A stretch of 64,000 bases of DNA from Babesia bigemina. Taxonomy: Eukaryota. The translations under genes and the position numbers were made by a program. The notes under the pieces were generated by a model, which saw only the letters and a list, made by a program, of their open reading frames with translations, was not told where the DNA came from and did not search any database. Position 1 is the stretch's first letter. Every line of letters begins with the position of its first letter. Of this stretch, positions 56,545 to 64,000 are shown piece after piece. The stretch lies in the NCBI RefSeq assembly GCF_000981445.1, contig NC_027217.1, positions 1,922,001-1,986,000 of the forward strand. The letters are read 5' to 3'.

Positions 56545-59291
56545 CTTGCAGCTGATGAAACATACTCACCACTGAGTACGAAATTCAACTCACAATAACG
56601 GTAGCAAACATAATTTTCACATATGCTGTAATAGCTTCACATATATCCTCGATAGCTAGCGTCGGTGGTGCAGGGCTGTAGAACGCTGACTCCGCAGAAA
56701 ACCGGCATTTACAACGCTCAAGATGTGCCGTATATCATCTGCCAATAACATGTAGCATGCTAACGTTAATACTATAATCCTGTTGAAATAAATGATATCA
56801 CGTCCTTTTGTTGGGCAATTCGTGACAAGAGGCTTAGTACGTTCCTGTGGCTTGTGCCAATGCATTGTTAATAACATTGTTATTGCAACTTCACTGTCAT
56901 TATTATACTATGTGAAACTAATGCGTGTCTCATGACGGATACTTCCTGTAAAGGTTGTAGGTGTCTGGAAGGTTGGATATGCGGTTGTTCAATCCTTCTT
57001 ATGATTATATACTGCGCTCGATAATGGTCCATATGAACATACCCAGACAGATAATTATAGTTAAGCTGCTCATAACTATACCAGCTATATCTTTGGTCTC
57101 CATATTCTTTGCTATTGAATATACCCAACCCTGCGCAGATATTTACCCGCTAAATGAAGTTGAGTGTCTTGTGGAAATGGACCTTTAATTAGCGTTCCTT
57201 TGAAGAAAGGCATAAAGGTTTGCCCCAAAACTAATAAGTCGGCGTTTACTATGCTTGGTACAGTTGAAAAAGATAGAAGCACCCTATATTCCTTGGTAAC
57301 AAGGTACCACGTGAGCGAATGCAAGCAGATGTAAATGGAAACTACGATGCATCTCTACCATCATACTAGAGTCTATCTTCCAAATGCTGCCAACTGACTA
57401 TTAGTTAACTCCATCATTGACGAGATGTCTGAGATTTTTCATGGTACCAATACTCTGCGCAAATTTTTACTTGCTCCTCGATGTCAAATGACGGCGTTTT
57501 TCGTAGTACTCACCATTTCTGCAATATACATGTTAATCGCTTCTGGTATTATCTTTCGTAGGATTGGTCAAATGGGTCTGTCTGTCACATACCGTTTTGT
57601 CTATTTTCTCGCAAAAAGTTCGCAACCTAAGAACCCCCATTCATTACCTCGAATACTGTGTGGATACACAACTATGCTGCATCACTTCTTGCTATTTTGA
57701 ACTTTAAATCTCTATGCCATTAAAGACTGTCAGCGATGCTGATTCGACCTGGCGTGCACAGATTTAATTACTTTCGTGGCGAGATCACGGTCATATTTGT
57801 GATACTTAAAGTTACATCGCATACTATAAATTTCACAGCTCTATTCATCGCTGGGCTAGGTAAACGGCACCTACTTTATGTATGCGGTGGATCGGTCGTG
57901 CAGAAAGTGGGCCCGCACTCGTCGGATGGATAATCAATATGAACACGACATGAACAGGTTATCGATGGGTTATACAATTCACATATCAACATAGCATTTT
58001 AACCTACGAATACGAGTCACCCTGCCTAACACCACACTGCTGTCTAAACGCTGCAGATATAAAATAGTTGGGCTTCGCTCAACATTTAGCTGGTAGAGGA
58101 AAAGCTGTTTTCATGACCACTGTGGATATGATCAACCGCTTAACAGTTGGCATCAGTGTGTTATTGAGAAATTATTGAATTCACCAACCGGGCTGGCCAT
58201 ATCCTCATAGGTATTCACTCGGAGGTTGTGAATTTAACAAGACCTAATATGAGTTTTCTTTTGTGAACAGATGATGCCGGAGATATAATCCCACAACTGA
58301 AAATGATTTTTCAAATTGCGGATGTAATAATGCCTGCTGAATAACAATTTGCTAAATGCTGCTGCCATTACTGCTGTGTCTGTAAGTCAGGAGTTTTGAA
58401 GACGGATGATATAGTTGACGGCGCATAATATTCTAGCACATATTTGATGTATGAACATGAACGATGTAAGTGCATTGGTTGGCACGTGGAGCGGTGGTTA
58501 TTTTGCAGAAAAGGCACTACCTCGCATAAAGAATGTGACGGACGTTCTAAAAACTCGAATTCAGCCCAATAATACACTCTATTCAAACGTACGCTCCACA
58601 TACGCCTTCAATTCCTCACTTAATTGTGGGTGATTTCAACTGACTGACCAAGTTGGAAATGTGAGGCGAAATCAATTGGATGACAAAATGAGTGAACAAC
58701 TTGAATTCACTCAGCAAAAGGTTTAATATGATTCTAAATGTGAAGCATGCGCAATTTAGAGATAACTAAGTCGTTGTAGGAGTGTTGAGTTTCGCGATTG
58801 CTTGTGAATGTCAACGTCTAACCGGACAAGGTATTTTTGGTTCGCGCAAAGAACATTAAATACTACACTATTTAAAGCTATAATAATCGAATAGGCGCAT
58901 CTAAAATGAAACCTTTCATAATTGGAGCATCAAATGGTAATGATGTAGTTTACCCCATTTCGGCGCTGTCTACGTTCCTCACCTCGCGTGATGCAGGGAA
59001 AACAACGCAATGCGAGACAAGATTTTGGGTTTTGACAAAACGTATTGTCACTAAAAGAGCGGCCAAAATAATAACTGTTTTATATATTGTAGGAGTAGAG
59101 TGTGTGGTCAATTTATGCTAAAATCAGTGCACTTTACAAACCATAAAGCATTACCTTTATATTTGCAGACAATGAAAGCGTCCCAATGCACAATATATAT
59201 ATAACTACGTTGAGTAGGATACTTGTCACACCTCTTATTTCAAGGTAGGTTGTCCATTGCAGCACTGGGTTTATTCCTAAGTGAGGGAAAG

Positions 59292-59660
59292 ATGACATCG
59301 CCACCGGAAATGGACGAGGGACCCTGTGATTGCACAGGCAGAAAGTGTTATAAAAATACAATATGCAAGTGCTGTACGTCCTGTTGTGCTATATGCACGG
59401 AAAAATGGTGTGGGTTATGTGGCCCTATACAACGTAACAACCCGTCTAAGATATCAAAGGAATGCAAATCTTGGCGTTGTCTGTGTAAGGATTGTATACT
59501 CTTATATATCATCATCTTCATAATCTTCGCATCAGTATTCGGCTTTGCTGTTTACCTCTATAAAAAGATGTCACCCCCCTACAAAATAGGTCAATTGTTT
59601 CCTGACTGGACAGGCTATACTTCCACATACGCCGGCCTAGGAAGCAAGAATCTTTCTTAA
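59292..59660 (+). CDS. Small Cys-rich single-pass membrane protein, paralog B (122 aa)
   Basis: ATG at 59292 in the same ggaaagATGAC context as paralog A; same 15 Cys, TM segment and identical tail. Confidence 0.75.
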   Translation: MTSPPEMDEGPCDCTGRKCYKNTICKCCTSCCAICTEKWCGLCGPIQRNNPSKISKECKSWRCLCKDCILLYIIIFIIFASVFGFAVYLYKKMSPPYKIGQLFPDWTGYTSTYAGLGSKNLS

Positions 59661-60772
59661 CACCATTTACTGTCGTATCATACGTAATGCAGTAATATGG
59701 TTGTTAAAGGTTTTGGTGAGCGCGAATTCAGATTCGTTCAATAAGGCTGATAATACGTGCATCCACCCTATGGTGTACAGTATTACTTGATAAATGACGG
59801 AATGAGGAAGCGGCTTCGCAACAGCGCCTTATAGGTTCTAGGTTGTACATTCTGAAGGTTATTTCACGCTACAGTTGTATGTGACATTAAGGGACATTCC
59901 TGCCGCAACTACGTTTCATCGAAAAGATTCAGGCAGTCGTTGTCTGACAAAATGCATATAGCTCAATCTACAGATATCTAGGTCCGACACATCATGGACA
60001 TCATCCAGACTTAACGTGCCCGTTGTAGACGCAGCTAGGTGATGCCAATCTGAAATACCAATGCTTCAGCGCACCAGTTTCGAGGAAAACACGGTTACAC
60101 TCCACATTACAGCTAATGCTTCATCATTCTACGTGAATAGCGTTGTGTCTAAACTCCCGTGCCATTGCAACAGCCTCCGTTACGGGAACTTCAGGGGCAC
60201 TTCCGGTTCTGCGCCGCTGGAATCTGGATAACACCGCTGCTGCTAACAAACTTAAATCTAAATGTTCCATAAAATATTCTACATATGGCAACTTAGTTTG
60301 TTAAGTACCGGTGCCTATGTGTAGACATCCAACCTCGTGTCTATATCTCCCGACAGCACAGGGTGGCACACACCCTTGTTCAGTGGCGTTAAAACCTCCT
60401 ACCGCGTCGGCGGAGTTTCGGGTTCAGTGTTGGAATTGGAAATTCTCGGTGCTGAGTTGCCATTTGGACTCCGTAGGTTGCCCTTGTTCCCGGCAACTTG
60501 CGGGCGCTGTGACATCCTCCTCTTCCTTTTTTTGCCAAAGTGGTTCCGGTGCAGCAAAACACGTGGCTCTCTGACGGTTATACCACAGTATACACGTCAA
60601 TAGGCATATAAATCACGGCTTAACGGTCGCCTGTGTAATCTCTGATCCAGCGATTCGACATAATTCGAGTGGCTGGACTCCATGAGTCAATCACACGTCG
60701 AAAATAGCACGCAATCTACATTTTCGACCCGTGTTGAGTTTATATGGGAATAGCAGAAGCAGTTTTGCCACA

Positions 60773-62540
60773 ATGAGTGGAGGGGCTGCTGGGAAACCTG
60801 GAGGTGCTGACGTTGCTTCAGGAAGCGCACCTGATATGGAAGCTGGTAAAACTGTTACCGCAGAAAAGCAAACTGAAGATTATGGCACCTTTGGTCAGGT
60901 GTTGTACCACGTGGTGTCTTTCACTGAAGGCTACGAGCAACAAGTATTGTATTTGTGCATGAGAATCTTCGAGTCAACTATGAACTTCACCAAGAGTCAA
61001 CTGACAACGCTGATGACCGTGTCTATACTGTCACGCTTGTGTTTCTCGCTAGTTTGGGGTCTGCTGGCGGACGCGTTTGAGACTAACCTGGTGATGGCTG
61101 CTGGGTTGTTATTCATGGGCATCGCCTCGATTCTGCTAAGCGCCACGTCACGCTTCTCGTCGGTAGGTGGAAAATGTTACATTACCCATGAGTCTGCAGA
61201 TCCTATTTTTGCGCTTCTTACACGGTGCCGCGTTTGGTTGTATCTACCCGGTTCAGCAAAAGATTATCTCGGATAGGGATGATGATGATGATAGCAACAG
61301 CAGCAGCAGTACTTTCACCCGTCTTCACGCGCTTAATTGCATTGGCCGTATGCTGTGTGCCGCAATAACCACGGAGGCTGCTCAGAACATCTTGCTGGGA
61401 TTTATCGGCTGGCGCGTGTCATACATTGTGCTGGGATACTTGTGGATTTCGGTTGGCATCGCGATTGTATTTGCAATGCATACTGATAGGGAACTTATCT
61501 CTCCTTATGACTCCACGGAACAATTCATCAACCAAATATCCGGCGCCTTTAAAGCGGTTTTTACAAATTGGTCAGCATTTCTGTGTATATTCACGATGTT
61601 GATCGCGGAGGCTCCGATGTGCACGTTGCCTTACATGATCACGTACCTGGAATACTTGGGAGTGTCTGACATGAAGGTTGGTATTGCAATCTTAGTCACG
61701 ACGATCGGCGGCGCAGCAGGTACTGCCGCTGGTGGTATAGTTATTGAAAAAATTACAAGCATGCATAAAAAGTACGGCGAGCTGATTGCTGGTATCGTTG
61801 TGATGGGTGTGCGATTAATCGTTTGTGTGTTGTTCTTCGTGTCACCTGCTCCAGACGGGCGATTGATGTGGTATCACTACATAGAGTTTGCTATCCTAGG
61901 TGCGACTTTGGTTACGGTTGGCGGCGTAGATAGACCTATTATGAGGAAAGTCATACCGGACAGGTACCAGGCTAGCGCATCGGCCATCATCCAGTGCATA
62001 TCGGGTATCTCGGTTAGCGTGAGTTTCGTAGAGATCTTCGCGTACGTGTCAGAGAAGCTGCATGGTTACGCGCCATCAACACAGGCAATCGATGACATGG
62101 AAAAGGGTCTCAAGGACAACAACACCGAGGCGCTGCGGAAGTCGACAATGTATATGATCGTGGTAGGATCACTCCTGAACATCGCGTGCTATGGTGCGCT
62201 GTTTGCTACGTATGAGACGGATAAGAAGACTGTTGATGATCAAAATGTGAAGGTATGGGAAGAGAGGGATAAAATGGAGAAAGAGAAGAAAACAGGGAAA
62301 TATAAGGAAGAACCAGTGAAAAAACCACTAGAAGAGGCGGTAGATGGGGAGGATGATTTTTCAGGGCACACTGGGCACTCACCTCAAACGACACGTGAAG
62401 AGCCAGTGGAAGATACAGAGACACTGACCATGGAGATGCCGAATGAACGTGATAGTAACAGTTCAGATGAAGGGATGATGACAAAGGAAGAGGCGCAAAA
62501 ATTTATCAGTCAAGAACGAAGAAGTTGGGAACAAACGTAA
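60773..62540 (+). CDS. MFS transporter, expanded family, paralog 3 (exons 60773-61162, 61200-62540)
   Basis: Near-identical TM core; 37-nt intron GTAGGT..CTGCAG at the same position. Confidence 0.9.
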
Positions 62541-64000
62541 TCTCTAGGCTAACTTATTCATTGAGCATACGACGCTGTGGCACACTGCTTTTGTTTAACA
62601 ATGCTAAGCGTTTACCTGACAAAGTGGCTATTAGGCTTAGTATAATAAGCTTCATTTGATGCTTTTCTTGATGGATGCATCTGTAAGGGAAGCCATAGTC
62701 GTGGGCTCGTTAATGGGTAGCAAAAGCATTTTTGTTTCATTGAATCAGGTTTCATCGCTACCTTTTATCTGTCGAAAGAATCATGAATTCAGCAGGATCT
62801 CTGATGAATAACAATAGATGGATGCCCAGCGCAGCCTTCATCGCAAGAATAAAAAGAAGACAAACGTAGGCAACGCATCTGTGCTTAATTAACTAATGGT
62901 GCATCACAACTACATAACACTGAAAATGCGTGACGTAGCGTTCACCGGGCCCGTACCGGAGCGTTTCGTCACATGCCCACCCGTAGCAGGCGCCCAAGGT
63001 GTTGGAGCAAAGCTTCTACCAGCGCCGGTGAGTTTCAGAATGGCGGTTATGTAACGTTGTCGCAGGCTTGTATGTCACGTCGGTTTCAGTTGAAATCCTG
63101 ACCGACGCTTATGGCGAGCGGGTTCCACAACACCCGTCTTCACGTGGAAACCTGGTCGACATTGTTCATAGGTTCTTGAAGTTACTCGAGCGTTGCAATA
63201 TCAGGTGAAGACTCTGTACGTTACGCCCAAATGCATTTTGTATACTATGCGATATGCGCTGTGAGGCCGGTTGTCTGCGCCGCCACGAAATGAAGAGTGA
63301 TACGAGACCTATGTGTTTTAATTGTAGCTGTAAATGTAGTTGTGCACTGTGAATGCTGTGATTTGTGTTTTCCGAAATAAGGAACAGCACTGCGACGGCC
63401 ACCTCATCGGTTATGCGGAGAGGAACCAATGCAAAGTCTGCCACTGCCAAGGGCGCTTGCGCATGGACCACTAAAGCATTTTCGGCGGATATCGCGTAAA
63501 ACACGGCGACTGCAAAATCTGCTGTATATTATGCGCCTCGTGTATATTACCGCTGCGGGAATTTATGTAGCATCTATGTAAATGTAGTTATCTGGAAAGC
63601 TTCCTGATTAAGCGCTGGAAGCGACTCGTTGGATGCGGGAAGCACATGCTTACAACCCTTGGCATTACAACATGCGGTTACGGCGAAAATGCCAAGGGAA
63701 TCCCCAAAGCATGTACATGGACCGCTACCTCGTCTCCCAATCGGAGGACCTCATGTAGAATCATATTACACGTAAAATCTGAATATAGTAAGATTGCCAT
63801 CCCAATGCATCCGATACGTTTATTGCATGATTATTGAGCTACGTGATGGGCCAATACTAGCAGCTAACTGCTGTAGTATTCCGTTCTGCCCATTACGTTC
63901 TCACGTCGGCAGCCTATAAGTGTCATCAGAAATAATCTTGGGATCTGTCTGGTTGTTGAGCAGATCATAGGTCTATAATTGCGAAAGCGTTTAAGGAATG

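Larger units (their letters stand above)
57980..64000 (+). repeat. Cassette copy 3 (runs off the window end)
   Basis: Collinear with ~20280-26284 at an offset of ~37.7 kb. Confidence 0.9.

Overview
Eukaryotic piroplasm DNA, most consistent with a Babesia of the B. bigemina/B. ovata type: 37-40 nt GT-AG introns, VESA1-like sequence and a 6-Cys gene. The species call is inferred from family resemblance, not from a search. Gene-dense housekeeping blocks encode an ASNSD1-like protein, a TOG/HEAT protein, ZNF830-like, SLC37-type MFS, Lon-N domain protein, WBP11-like, ANP32-like, RRP41, M1 aminopeptidase and a neutral sphingomyelinase-like EEP protein. They alternate with four multigene-family islands (~1-8.5, ~18.6-28.7, ~41.5-49.8 and ~56.6-64 kb). 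The most striking structure is a cassette repeated three times, with these parts in order: (1) a small single-TM protein with 15 invariant Cys and hypervariable spacing residues, present in 2 of 3 copies; (2) a conserved promoter-like spacer; (3) a one-intron MFS transporter with a near-invariant TM core and divergent termini; (4) a conserved downstream block hiding a ~57-aa micro-ORF and a 38-nt intron-like element. Short VESA1-N-terminus-like genes, which share their own upstream motifs, lie next to cassette copies 1 and 2. The copies are mosaics, consistent with segmental gene conversion. No rRNA, tRNA, CRISPR or transposase could be supported.
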